From an uncultured Actinomycetes bacterium (lineage in GTDB: Bacteria; Actinomycetota; Acidimicrobiia; IMCC26256; PALSA-610): a stretch of 64,000 bases of DNA. The position numbers and the translations under genes are program-made. The stretch spans positions 2,432,601 through 2,496,600 of the forward strand of contig CAWIVQ010000003.1 in assembly GCA_963839575.1 (NCBI GenBank). Direction: 5' to 3'. Positions 54,737 to 64,000 of the stretch are shown here, one piece after another. The notes under the pieces are model-generated. The model was not told the DNA's origin. It saw nothing but the letters and a program-made list of their open reading frames with translations, and searched no databases. Position 1 is the first letter of the stretch. Each line of letters starts with the position of its first letter.

Positions 54737-56246
54737 TCAGATCTCACCGGGGATCTCGCGCACCACCTGGCGCGGGTCCAAATCGGTACGGGTTCCGAGG
54801 AACGTCGGGTGACGGACGTTTCCCACGCTCGTCCATTCCGTGAAGCGGACCTCCACGACGAGGGCGGGCTCGACGAAACGGGCCCCCTTCGGTACGCGCC
54901 CCGCGCCGAAGGGGCTCTCGTCGAGCGCGGTCACGGCGACGAGCCGTTCGAGCTCGGCGATCATCGGGCCCGACAGGCCGCTGCCGACCTTGCCCGCGTA
55001 ATGCAGCACCTCGCCGTCGTAGTACCCGATGAGCAGCGATCCGATGCTTCCCGTGCGGCTCTTCTCGCCCGGTTGCCACCCGCCGACGACGAACTCCTGG
55101 CGCATCTGGTTCTTGAGCTTGATCCACGCCGGTGACCGGCGGCCGGGCTCGTAGCGCGAGTCGAGTCGCTTCGCCACGACGCCTTCGAGCCCGAAGCGAC
55201 GACTCACGTCGATCGTGGCGCCGCCGTCGCCTTCCTCGTGCGGGGGCGTCTGCCACGACGCGCCGTTCAGTTCGAGCTCGCGCAGGCGCGCGCGCCGTTC
55301 GCGGTAGGGGAGGTCCATCATCGAATGGCCGTCGAGCCACAACACGTCGAACAACACGTACGCGACCGGCACCTCCCCGACGAGCTTGCGGATCGCGGAA
55401 TCGCCCTCCACGTGCATGCGCCGCTGGAGCAACTCGAAGCTCGGCCGGCTGTCGTCGTCGAACGCGACGATCTCGCCGTCGAGCACGACCTCGCGCGCCG
55501 AGCGCCTCGCCGAGGCGGCGTAACTCCGGATAGCGCCGGGTGACGTCGTTGCCGTTGCGGCTCACGAGTTTGATCCGGCCCCCGTCGACGTAACCGAGCG
55601 CGCGAATGCCGTCCCACTTGAGCTCGTAAGCCCAGCCTTCGCCGCGCGGTGTGTCGGTCTTCAGCGTGGCGAGCATGGGTCGAAGGTCGTTCGGCGGCGG
55701 TCGCCGGTCCGGGTCGACGGGTGGGTCCATGCGGTGGATCATCCATTGCGTTCCGCCCGTGCGGAACAGCACGTACCTCCCGTTGACCCGCTGCCCGTGG
55801 AAGGTGATCATCACCTCCCGGTCGTCCCATTTGTGGGTCGCGAACGTGCCCGTGTCCCAGACGCCCATCGATCCGCCGCCGTACTCGCCCGCCGGGATGT
55901 CGCCCGAGAAGTCGAGGTATTCGAGCGGATGGTCTTCGGTCCGGATCGCGAGGTGGTTGCGCTCGGGGTCGACCGGAATGCCCTTCGGCACCGCCCACGA
56001 TGCCGCTACGCCTTCGTGTTCGAGGCGCAGGTCCCAGTGCAGCGCCCGGGCGTGATGCTCCTGCACGACGAAGCGCGGGTCAGCGTCGTCACGAGCGGGC
56101 GGACCCGCGGCGCGCGGCCGAGGCTCCGGCGTTGCGGCGAAGTCTCGCTTGGCCTCGTACTGCGCCAACGCACGGCGGCGCGGCGCATCCGAACCCGGCT
56201 CGGGCCGGCCTTGCTCACCTCGGCCTCGATCCCGTCGCGGCGGCAT
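54737..56246 (-). CDS. ligD: NHEJ DNA ligase D, phosphoesterase + ATP-dependent ligase domains (frameshift ~55490)
   Basis: FVVQEHHARALHWDLRLE, SWAVPKG, EDHPLEY (PE); YELKWDGIR, EGVVAKR, WIKLK (ligase). Confidence 0.9.
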
Positions 56247-56445
56247 CGAGCGAGGGTACGACAGGCCCGGTTCGGGCGGGAACGTCGAGGCCGGGCGGCG
56301 ATCCTCGACGTTCCCGAACCGGTACTGCAAGAACCCGGCGCACTGTGCGGGGGGCAGTGCGGGCGAGTCCGGAGGTGGAAGTACCGCGCTCGGCCGGCGC
56401 CTAAACCCGAATCTCCGAGATCTCGCCGGTTCGCGGCCCGGGGTG

Positions 56446-56483
56446 AATCCCTCATGGACTTGTCAGGAATCGGGACCTACCGT
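56446..56483 (+). promoter_or_regulatory. metY promoter (-35 TGGACT, N17, -10 TACCGT) overlapped by a 25-bp Rrf2-like imperfect palindrome
   Basis: AATCCCTCATGGACTTGTCAGGAAT (AWTCC-N15-GGAWT) at 56446-56470. Confidence 0.45.
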
Positions 56484-56544
56484 GAGCGCATCTTCTGATC
56501 AGCCGTTCGGATCGGTCCGGTCGTAGCAACAAAGGAACACGAGC

Positions 56545-57852
56545 ATGTCGAATTCAGCCTGGGGCCTCGAGACCCGTCTCGTCCACGCCGGCGCCGAGGC
56601 GCCGGACCCTGCGACCGGTGCACGGGTCACGCCCATCTACCAGACGTCGTCGTTCGTGTTCCGCGACACCGACCACGCCGCGGCCCTCTTCGGTCTGCAA
56701 GAGCTCGGGATGATCTACACGCGGATCATGAATCCGACCCAGGACGCCTTCGAGCTGCGTATGGCATCGCTCGAAGGCGGCGTCGGCACGCTCGCGGTGG
56801 CGAGCGGCCAGGCCGCGCAGACCATTGCGCTGTTGAACCTGGCCGAGAACGGCGGGCACATCGTGTCGAGCGCCTCGTTGTACGGCGGCACCTACAACCA
56901 GCTGCACTACACGTTCCCGAAGATGGGGATCGAGGTCTCGTTCGTCGAAGACCCCGACGACCTCGACGCGTGGCGGAAGGCGATTCGCCCGAACACCAAG
57001 GCGTTCTACGGCGAGAGCATCGGCAACCCCAAGGGCGACATCTTCGACTTCGAGGGCATCTCCAAGGTCGCGCACGACAACAAGATCCCGCTCGTCATCG
57101 ACAACACCCTCGCGAGTCCGGCGCTGTTGCAACCGCTGCGCCACGGCGCCGATGTCGTGGTGCACAGCGCGACGAAGTTCATCGGCGGTCACGGCACGTC
57201 GATCGGGGGCGTCATCGTCGACGGCGGTGTCTTCGACTATCCCGGGAGCGGCCGGTTCCCCGGCTTCACCGAACCCGACCCGAGCTACCACGGGCTCGTG
57301 TTCGCCGAGCTGCCGCCGGAGCTGCGTCCCGCGATGTACGTGTTGAAGTGCCGGTTGCAGTACCTGCGCGACCTCGGCGCGGCGATCGCGCCCTTCAACT
57401 CGTTCCTGTTCCTGCAGGGCCTGCAGACGCTGAGCCTGCGCATGGAGCGGCACTCGCAGAACGCGTTGGCCGTCGCGCAGTGGCTCGAAGGGCGTGACGA
57501 GGTCGAGTGGGTCGCGTACCCGGGCTTGAAGTCGAGCAGGTGGAACGCCCGCGCGCAGCAGTACCTGCCCAACGGGCAGGGCGCCATCGTGGCGTTCGAG
57601 CTGAAGGGTGGCATCGAGGCGGGCAAGAACTTCATCAACAGCCTCGAGTTGTTCAGCCACCTCGCGAACGTCGGCGACGTGCGCAGTTTGGCCATTCACC
57701 CGGCGAGCACGACGCACAGCCAGCTCGAGCCGGGAGAACAGGTCACGACCGGGGTGACGCCGGGACTGGTGCGGCTCTCCGTCGGCATCGAGACCCTCGA
57801 CGACATCCTCGCCGATCTCGACGCCGGTTTGCGCGCCGCGAAGTCGTCCTGA
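56545..57852 (+). CDS. metY: O-acetylhomoserine aminocarboxypropyltransferase
   Basis: PIYQTSSF, YTRIMNPT, HSATKFIGGHG (PLP Lys), HLANVGD, HPASTTH. Confidence 0.95.
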   Translation: MSNSAWGLETRLVHAGAEAPDPATGARVTPIYQTSSFVFRDTDHAAALFGLQELGMIYTRIMNPTQDAFELRMASLEGGVGTLAVASGQAAQTIALLNLAENGGHIVSSASLYGGTYNQLHYTFPKMGIEVSFVEDPDDLDAWRKAIRPNTKAFYGESIGNPKGDIFDFEGISKVAHDNKIPLVIDNTLASPALLQPLRHGADVVVHSATKFIGGHGTSIGGVIVDGGVFDYPGSGRFPGFTEPDPSYHGLVFAELPPELRPAMYVLKCRLQYLRDLGAAIAPFNSFLFLQGLQTLSLRMERHSQNALAVAQWLEGRDEVEWVAYPGLKSSRWNARAQQYLPNGQGAIVAFELKGGIEAGKNFINSLELFSHLANVGDVRSLAIHPASTTHSQLEPGEQVTTGVTPGLVRLSVGIETLDDILADLDAGLRAAKSS

Positions 57853-57855
57853 CCG

Positions 57856-58986
57856 GTGGCCGGCGATCACCTCGCGGCCGGGGCCTGGCGTCCGGGTGAT
57901 CCGCCCGGACGCCGCCAATTCGCGACCCTGTTCACCGAGCGGCCGCTCGCCCTCCGCGCCGGTGGGACACTGGCGCCGGTCACGGTCGCGTACGAGACGT
58001 GGGGAGAGCTCGACGCGAACGCGTCGAACGCGCTGCTCTTGTTGCACACGTTGACGCTCGACAGCCACGCCGCGGGTCCGGCCGAGCCCGGCCACGCACA
58101 ACTCGGCTGGTGGAACCCGCTCATCGGTCCCGGACGCGCGATCGACACCGACCGCTTCTTCGTCGTGTGCTCGAACGTGCTCGGGGGATGTCAGGGCACG
58201 ACCGGCCCGGCGTCGATCGATCCGGCGACGGGCACGCCCTACGGCTCGCGGTTCCCGGTGACCACGATTCGCGATCAGGTCGACGTGGAGGCCGCGCTCG
58301 CCGACCACCTCGGCATCGAACGCTGGCATTCGGTCATCGGCGGCTCGATGGGTGGTATGCGCGCGGTCGAGTGGGCCGTCAAGTACCGCGATCGCCTCGA
58401 GCGGGCGGTGATCATCGCGTCCGGGGCGGCGGCGACGGCTGAGCAGATCGCACTGTGCTCGCTGCAGATCCGCGCGATCGAAGCCGATTCCAACTTCCGC
58501 GGCGGCGACTACTACGACGCGGTCGAGGGGCCGGCCCACGGACTGTCGATCGCGCGCGGCATCGGGCAGGTGTCGTACCGCACCGAGCTCGAGCTGGCCG
58601 AACGATTCAATCGTGGCCACCAGAACGACGAGCACCCGCTCGAAGGGGGTCAGTACACGATCGAGTCGTATCTCGAATACCACGGCGACAAGATCACGCA
58701 CCGTTTCGACGCGAACAGCTACATCGGATTGTCACGGGCGATGAATCATCACGACGTGGGCCGGGGCCGCGGGGGAGTTGCCGACGCCTTGGCACGCGTG
58801 AAGGCCGACGTGACGATCGCGGGCATCTCGAGCGACCGGCTCTACCCGCTACGTCTCCAGTACGAGCTCGCCGACTTCATTCCCTGCAACAAGGGGGTCG
58901 CGGTGGTGAACTCGATCAGCGGCCACGACGCCTTCCTCACCGAGCACGAAGCGATCGGCGACATCGTCGCCGGGGCGCTGGTGTGA
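57856..58986 (+). CDS. metX: Homoserine O-acetyltransferase
   Basis: YETWG, GWW, GGSMGG, RFDANSY, SSDRLYP, GHDAFL. Confidence 0.93.
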   Translation: MAGDHLAAGAWRPGDPPGRRQFATLFTERPLALRAGGTLAPVTVAYETWGELDANASNALLLLHTLTLDSHAAGPAEPGHAQLGWWNPLIGPGRAIDTDRFFVVCSNVLGGCQGTTGPASIDPATGTPYGSRFPVTTIRDQVDVEAALADHLGIERWHSVIGGSMGGMRAVEWAVKYRDRLERAVIIASGAAATAEQIALCSLQIRAIEADSNFRGGDYYDAVEGPAHGLSIARGIGQVSYRTELELAERFNRGHQNDEHPLEGGQYTIESYLEYHGDKITHRFDANSYIGLSRAMNHHDVGRGRGGVADALARVKADVTIAGISSDRLYPLRLQYELADFIPCNKGVAVVNSISGHDAFLTEHEAIGDIVAGALV

Positions 58987-59031
58987 CGGAATTCCTCTCC
59001 GCTCGCGGCCCGAACCTCACGATGCCCGGAG

Positions 59032-59757
59032 ATGGGCCCGAATAGGCGGATCGCGATGGGGGGCAGTGCCGACAAGGCAGTCCAGGCTTCCAATCGCCGG
59101 ACGGCGTTCCGGCTCCCCACCGCGTTGGCGGTGCGGGTGCGCTGCGCCGAGGCGATCGCGGGCATGGACGGATGGACGCGCGAGGGCGGGGCCCGCGTGC
59201 TCGAGAGCGTGACCGAAGACGTGTCGGCCGGCGGTCTGCGCTTCCGGGCCCCGGCCGTGCTGGCGCGGGGCACACCCCTGTCGGTTGCGTTCGCACTCGA
59301 CGAGACCCGGGCCGAGGCACACGGCGAGGTGGCGCACGTGAGCGCCGACGAGTTCGGTGCCGGCATCGGTATCTCGTTCACCGACCTCGGCGTGGCGACG
59401 ACGTCGCGGCTCGTGCGGTTCATCACCGCGCGCGAACGGCTCCGGCTCCCGACGGTCCCGATCATGTACCCGATCAACGGTCATGCCGGTCGCGACCAGG
59501 TCGAGCTCGACGGTGCGACCGAGGAGTGCTCGCCGAGTTACGTCCGGGTGTTGCTGTCGCACGCCGTGCGCCCGGGCGAGCACGTGGTCATGGTGGTCAA
59601 CGTCGGGCGCTCCGAGATGCGGCTCACGGGCCGCGTCGTGACCTGTCGTCGCGCCGACCAACTCTGGCGGGCCGAGGTCGAGCTCGGCGACCTCGCGGGA
59701 ACGGTCTCGCTGCAGTGGCGCGAGCTGGTGGTGCGAATCCGCGACGCCGCGCGCTAG
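59032..59757 (+). CDS. PilZ-domain protein (one canonical and one degenerate domain)
   Basis: NRRTAFR (RxxxR) and EDVSAGG (DxSxxG). Confidence 0.75.
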   Translation: MGPNRRIAMGGSADKAVQASNRRTAFRLPTALAVRVRCAEAIAGMDGWTREGGARVLESVTEDVSAGGLRFRAPAVLARGTPLSVAFALDETRAEAHGEVAHVSADEFGAGIGISFTDLGVATTSRLVRFITARERLRLPTVPIMYPINGHAGRDQVELDGATEECSPSYVRVLLSHAVRPGEHVVMVVNVGRSEMRLTGRVVTCRRADQLWRAEVELGDLAGTVSLQWRELVVRIRDAAR

Positions 59758-60356
59758 TTGCGCTCCCAGACCTTCGGCGCCCGGCCCTTGCCGCTGTGCT
59801 TCGGATCGTCGATGGGGTCGGTGACCGTTCCGGCGGCCGCGAGCTCGTCGAGGACCTTGCGCACCGTCGCCGGCGATCCACCGACCTCGCGCATGATGGC
59901 GCTCACCGTCAGCCATGCGCCCGCCGGCTTCGCGCTGACGGCGTCGGCGAGGTCTTTGGTGCTGACCCGTGGCGCGCGCGTCGAGGTCGTCTTGATGCGC
60001 GGTGCGCTACCGCCGAATACCGAATCGAGGACGCGGCGGGATATCCCGAGCGCGGCGAAATCTTCGCGCCCGTAACCGTTGACGTCCGCCCAAACTTTCC
60101 CGTATTTGATGAATCCGTCCTCGGCGACATCGCCGACAACGATGTTTGCTACCCGTTCCCGCTCGGCTTTGATCGCCGCGAGCTTGGCCAACGGGTCGGT
60201 CATACCTCGGGTGGCTGCGGCGAAATCCGGCTTCGGCCGGGCCTGGCGGCCGCGAGGTTTGGGCTTTCCGACGGTTGCGAGATATGCCTTTACGGCGACT
60301 TCTGCTTCTTCTGAAGCGGATACGCGAACTTCGCTCTTCGCAACAGCTTTTGCCAT
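59754..60356 (-). CDS. Basic hypothetical protein with C-terminal winged-HTH
   Basis: KPKPRGRQ; LTVSAIMREVGGSPATVRKVLDEL; GRAPKVW. Confidence 0.7.
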   Translation of the reverse strand: MAKAVAKSEVRVSASEEAEVAVKAYLATVGKPKPRGRQARPKPDFAAATRGMTDPLAKLAAIKAERERVANIVVGDVAEDGFIKYGKVWADVNGYGREDFAALGISRRVLDSVFGGSAPRIKTTSTRAPRVSTKDLADAVSAKPAGAWLTVSAIMREVGGSPATVRKVLDELAAAGTVTDPIDDPKHSGKGRAPKVWERN

Positions 60357-60579
60357 CGAAATCGACCTTCCCGGGGTAGTGTCGTATTGAACGTCATATT
60401 GAACATTTCTGAAGTGCTCGGCGCGGCTGACAGTTGTAGCACAAACAGAAATAGCGGCAACTTTCGTATTGGAAATGGCCGGGGTGCAGTTCTCTCAGTG
60501 CAGGTCGGCGTCGTTGTGCATTGCCGATGACGCGCGGCGAGTGGGGGCCGGACGGACGGGTGCTGGGTAGCGTGGCGCC

Positions 60580-61215
60580 GTGGCCGACTGGTCGACGATC
60601 GCTTCGCTTTCGACCGCTGTCGGCACCCTTGTGCTCGCGGTGGCGACGTTCAGCTCGGTGCGCTCGGCGAACCGGGCCGCTCGGGCCGCCGAGGGCACGA
60701 TGCTCGCGGGCCTACGGCCGTTGCTCGTCCCCTCGCGTCTCGATGACCCGATCGAGAAGGTGGGTTTCGTCGACGAGAAGTGGGTGAAGGTCCCGGGCGG
60801 CGGCGCGGTGGCGGAGGTCGGTGACGGCGCGATCTATCTCGCGATCTCGTTGCGCAACGCCGGCAGCGGGATCGCGGTGCTCGACCGCTGGAAGGTGTAC
60901 CCGGAACGCCTGGCCGGGGAGGCAGCCGGACGACCGGACCCGGCCGACTTCCGGCGACTGACGCGTGATCTCTATCTGCCGCCGTCCGATCGAGGATTCT
61001 GGCAGGGTGCGCTGCGTGACGTGTCGGAACCGATGTTCGAGAGGCTCCGCGCGGCCATCGAGGCGCGGGGGCCCTTCACGATCGACCTCCTCTACGGTGA
61101 CTACGAAGGTGGCCAGCGCATGATCAGTCGATTCGGGATCATGCCGCGGGGGACCGACGGTTGGATCGCCGCGTCGTCACGGCACTGGAACCTCGACCGC
61201 CCCGCGCCCCGCTGA
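60580..61215 (+). CDS. Hypothetical membrane-anchored protein
   Basis: N-terminal TM helix; GC-biased codon usage. Confidence 0.7.
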   Translation: MADWSTIASLSTAVGTLVLAVATFSSVRSANRAARAAEGTMLAGLRPLLVPSRLDDPIEKVGFVDEKWVKVPGGGAVAEVGDGAIYLAISLRNAGSGIAVLDRWKVYPERLAGEAAGRPDPADFRRLTRDLYLPPSDRGFWQGALRDVSEPMFERLRAAIEARGPFTIDLLYGDYEGGQRMISRFGIMPRGTDGWIAASSRHWNLDRPAPR

Positions 61216-61246
61216 TCTCGCGAGGCGCCGATGCCGGGCCGCGCGG

Positions 61247-61851
61247 TCACGCCCCCTGCAGGAGCTTCACGTAGTCGTCGCGCACGACCGTGCCGGACAC
61301 CAACAAGCCGTTGCCGCGCGGGACGTCGATGGGCTCGCCGTCGAGCGTGAACTCCGCCTGCCCGACGCCGGGCCGCGCGGTCACGGTGAGGACGAGCTGA
61401 CCCAGTGCGAGTATCTGGTCGCTCGGCGGCAATGCCTCGAAGGCCGGTGTGAGATCGATACGGACGCGGCCGCGGGTCAGCGTCACGCTATGTACGACGC
61501 CTGCGGACGACAGTGCCGTCCGCAGGCCGGTCGAGCCGGTAGCGGGTGGACCACTGACGAGCGCGTCGACGACCGCCTTCGGGTTGGTCGGCTTCGGTAC
61601 CTGCGCGGTCACCTCGACGAGATGATTGTCCCGCACGAAGTAGAGGCGTACACGCTCGGAGGCGAGCGCGACCGTCGTGGCCGTCGTCGGGCTCCGGTCC
61701 GGTACGAGGCCGCCCGGTAGCGCATCGTCGTTGATCCGGTGCGCGCTGCCTTGACCGCTGACGCCGCACGAGGTACCCAGCACGGCGATGGCGATCGTCA
61801 CGGCGAACAGGCCTGCCGAAATGGCGAACCGGCAGCGTGCCGCGCGCTCAT
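61247..61851 (-). CDS. GerMN-domain lipoprotein (frameshift near start)
   Basis: Lipobox-like LGTSC; RLYFVRD, ALVSGP, LRTAL, LALGQLVLT. Confidence 0.8.
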
Positions 61852-63204
61852 GATTCGTTCAACTCCGCGACGAAGCGCGCGCCGCCGCCGTCGCGATCCT
61901 CGACCCACGCGCCCGCCGTGGACTCGGCAGTGCTCCTCGACGAGCGACAGACCGAGCCCGCTGCCCCGTTCGGACTGGTCGGCGCTGCCCGAGCCGCGAG
62001 CGAAGCGCGCGAAGACCGTGAGCCGCTCCGCAACGGGGATCCCGGGCCCGGCGTCCTCGATCGCGATGCGCAGACCGTGACCGTCGGTTCCGGCCAGCTC
62101 GACGCGGACGGGTCCGGCGGCATAGCGATCTGCATTCTCGACGAGATTGGCGATGATCCGCTCCACACGCCGTTTGTCGAGGCTCATCGTCGTCGGTGTC
62201 GAAGGCATCACGTCGATGGCCACGTCGTCATGACCGAGGCGGCGCATCACCGACGCCACGAGCTCGAGTGGTTCGACGGGTTCGGTGACCCAGTCGCCCG
62301 CGCCGGCGTCCATGCGAGAGATCTCGAGGAGGTCGAGCACCAGCTGCTGGAAATAGCGCACCTCCGAATGCAGTACTTCGATGGCCGGGCGCGTTCGGTC
62401 GTCGGAGCGACGGTCGAGCACGTCGATGGCGGCCGAGATCGCGGTCAACGGCGTGCGTAACTCGTGGGTGACGTCGGACGCGAACCGAACCTCTTGCTCG
62501 ATGCGGCGCTGCAACGCTTCGGCCATATCGTTGAACGAGGCCGCGAGCGGCGCGAGATCGGCGTCGCCGCGGGCGTCGAGTCGCGTCTCGAGGTGCCCGC
62601 GCGTGATCTCGGTGGCGGCGTTCGAGAAGAACCCCACGGGTCGTAGGACCCGGCGGCTCGCGTAGCCGCCGACGGCCGCGCCGAGAAGGGTCGTGGCACA
62701 GGCCGCGGCGAACAACGACCAGGCGAGCGTGGAGAGCGTGCGTTCGAGCTCCGCGAACGAGAACACCTCGAAGTACGTGCGATCGCTGGCCCCGAGCGGT
62801 ACGCCGACAACCAGGACCGGCGTTCCGTTGATGTGGGTGCGTTGGTTGGCCGCGTGCCCGTTCGCGGTCACGCTCAGGAGCGAGGCGGGGAGATCTTCGC
62901 GCCCGATCGCGACCGAAGTTGCATACCACTGATTCCCGACTCTGACGACCGGTTGATGGCCGGCGCTGGCGGTCAGCGAGGTCAGGATCGCGGGAACGTC
63001 CTGGGTCGTGGAGCGCAGGGCATCGCTCACCGCACGGGCGTTGACGAGCGCCTGGCGCAGCGCGAGGGACTCGCGCTGATCGATGAGGTACGACCGCGTG
63101 AGCTGGTAGGTCAACAGGGACAGGCTCGTCGAGAGCAGGAGTGCCAGCACCGCGAAGGCCACCGCACCGCGGGCGCGCAAACCGAGTCGACGCGGCTCAG
63201 CCAT
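61848..63204 (-). CDS. HAMP sensor histidine kinase (MtrB-like; frameshift ~61910)
   Basis: SFNDMA, DVTHELRTPL, NLVENA, DAGPGI, GSGLGL. Confidence 0.93.
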
Positions 63205-63913
63205 TGGGCGCCTCGGGGTCTGGCGATCGCTCGAGGCGGTACCCGAGGCCGCGAACGGTGCAGAGCCACCGTGGGTTGGCCGGGTCGTCTTCGATCTTCG
63301 TGCGGAGCCGGCGCACATGGGCATCCACGAGCCGCCCGTCGCCGAGATAGTCGTAGCCCCATACGTTCTCGAGCAGTTGCTCGCGAGACAGCACGAGGCC
63401 CGCGTTCTCCGTGAACTCGCAGAGGAGCCGGAATTCGGTCTTGGTGAGGTGGACCGTCTCGCCGCCACGGCGGACGAGTCCCTCGCGCGGTCGCACCTCG
63501 ACGTCGTCGAACACGTGGACGTTCCCGGCGGGATGCACCGGCATCGCACGGCGCAACGCGGCCCGTATCCGTGCCGCGAGCTCCTTGCCGACGAAGGGCT
63601 TGGTCACGTAGTCGTCCGCGCCGGCTTCGAGTCCGGCGACGACGTCGTGGCTGTCCACTTGGGCGGTGACGATGATGATCGGGACGTCGCTCGTCTGGCG
63701 GATGCGGCGACAGACCTCGAGCCCGTGCATGCCGGGCAGGCGGAGGTCGACGAGGACGAGATCCGGTTCGTCGACGGCGAGCGCGGCGAGACCGCGCTCG
63801 CCGTCTGCGGCTTCGACGACCACGAAGCCCTCGTCCTCGAGCATGAGGCGGAGCATCTGGCGGACTGGGCGTTCGTCTTCGACGACGAGGAGGCGCTGGG
63901 CCATGGCGTCCAT
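63197..63913 (-). CDS. OmpR family response regulator (MtrA-like)
   Basis: VVEDE, DLRLPG, GADDYVTKPF, LTKTEFRLL, VRGLGY. Confidence 0.95.
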   Translation of the reverse strand: MDAMAQRLLVVEDERPVRQMLRLMLEDEGFVVVEAADGERGLAALAVDEPDLVLVDLRLPGMHGLEVCRRIRQTSDVPIIIVTAQVDSHDVVAGLEAGADDYVTKPFVGKELAARIRAALRRAMPVHPAGNVHVFDDVEVRPREGLVRRGGETVHLTKTEFRLLCEFTENAGLVLSREQLLENVWGYDYLGDGRLVDAHVRRLRTKIEDDPANPRWLCTVRGLGYRLERSPDPEAPNG

Positions 63914-64000
63914 GATGGCCGACGTGCCACGCTCTCAGGCCCCGGATCAGCCTCCCAGCCAGTACCCGGGCGGATTGTCGCGGAACCGCAATGTTCCGAG

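Noticed and set aside
56320-56545. SAM or c-di-AMP riboswitch upstream of metY
   Set aside because: Some hairpins and GGGGTGAATC occur, but the conserved cores could not be matched and a promoter-like element lies close to the start codon.
817-63204. More than 25 frameshifted genes interpreted as mass pseudogenisation or programmed frameshifting
   Set aside because: The single-base indels are scattered through conserved genes (ftsH, P-type ATPase, sigma factor) with motifs intact and few in-frame stops. One repeat unit near 14210 shows a lone extra base. This pattern best fits long-read error.

Overview
This is a high-GC (about 70%) actinobacterial window, with gene content and the GYWLxxxDGGxFxFG surface repeats suggesting Acidimicrobiia. 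Many otherwise intact genes carry 1-bp frameshifts, most likely long-read assembly errors. Layout: (1) 1-10.8 kb, a translationally coupled cell-surface glycan locus (flippase, GT2s, an O-antigen-ligase/Wzy-like protein apparently fused to TolB-like propellers, a methyltransferase, an RmlD-like reductase, a plant-RGP-like GT75 mutase homolog and a GT4). (2) 11-14.8 kb, a transposase remnant followed by a tail-to-tail pair of secreted Vgb-like propeller proteins with tandem C-terminal repeats. (3) 14.8-22 kb, desaturase, RnfD/UnbU-like membrane protein, phosphodiester glycosidase, P450 and AidB-like ACAD. (4) 22.4-35 kb, a dormancy/hypoxia-like cluster (P-type ATPase, HAD-GH65, USP, ppsA, CBS, BON-DUF2267) with DosR/OsdR-like boxes placed upstream of several tiny unannotated ORFs. 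(5) 35-64 kb, thiolase/OB-fold, ftsH, LLM oxidoreductases, MFS transporters, IolB-like, YceI/MarR, dehalogenase, rsbW-sigF, ligD, metY-metX, PilZ, a candidate DNA-binding protein and an RR-HK-GerMN triad. No rRNA, tRNA or CRISPR array was seen. All calls come from reading motifs by eye; no database searches were run.
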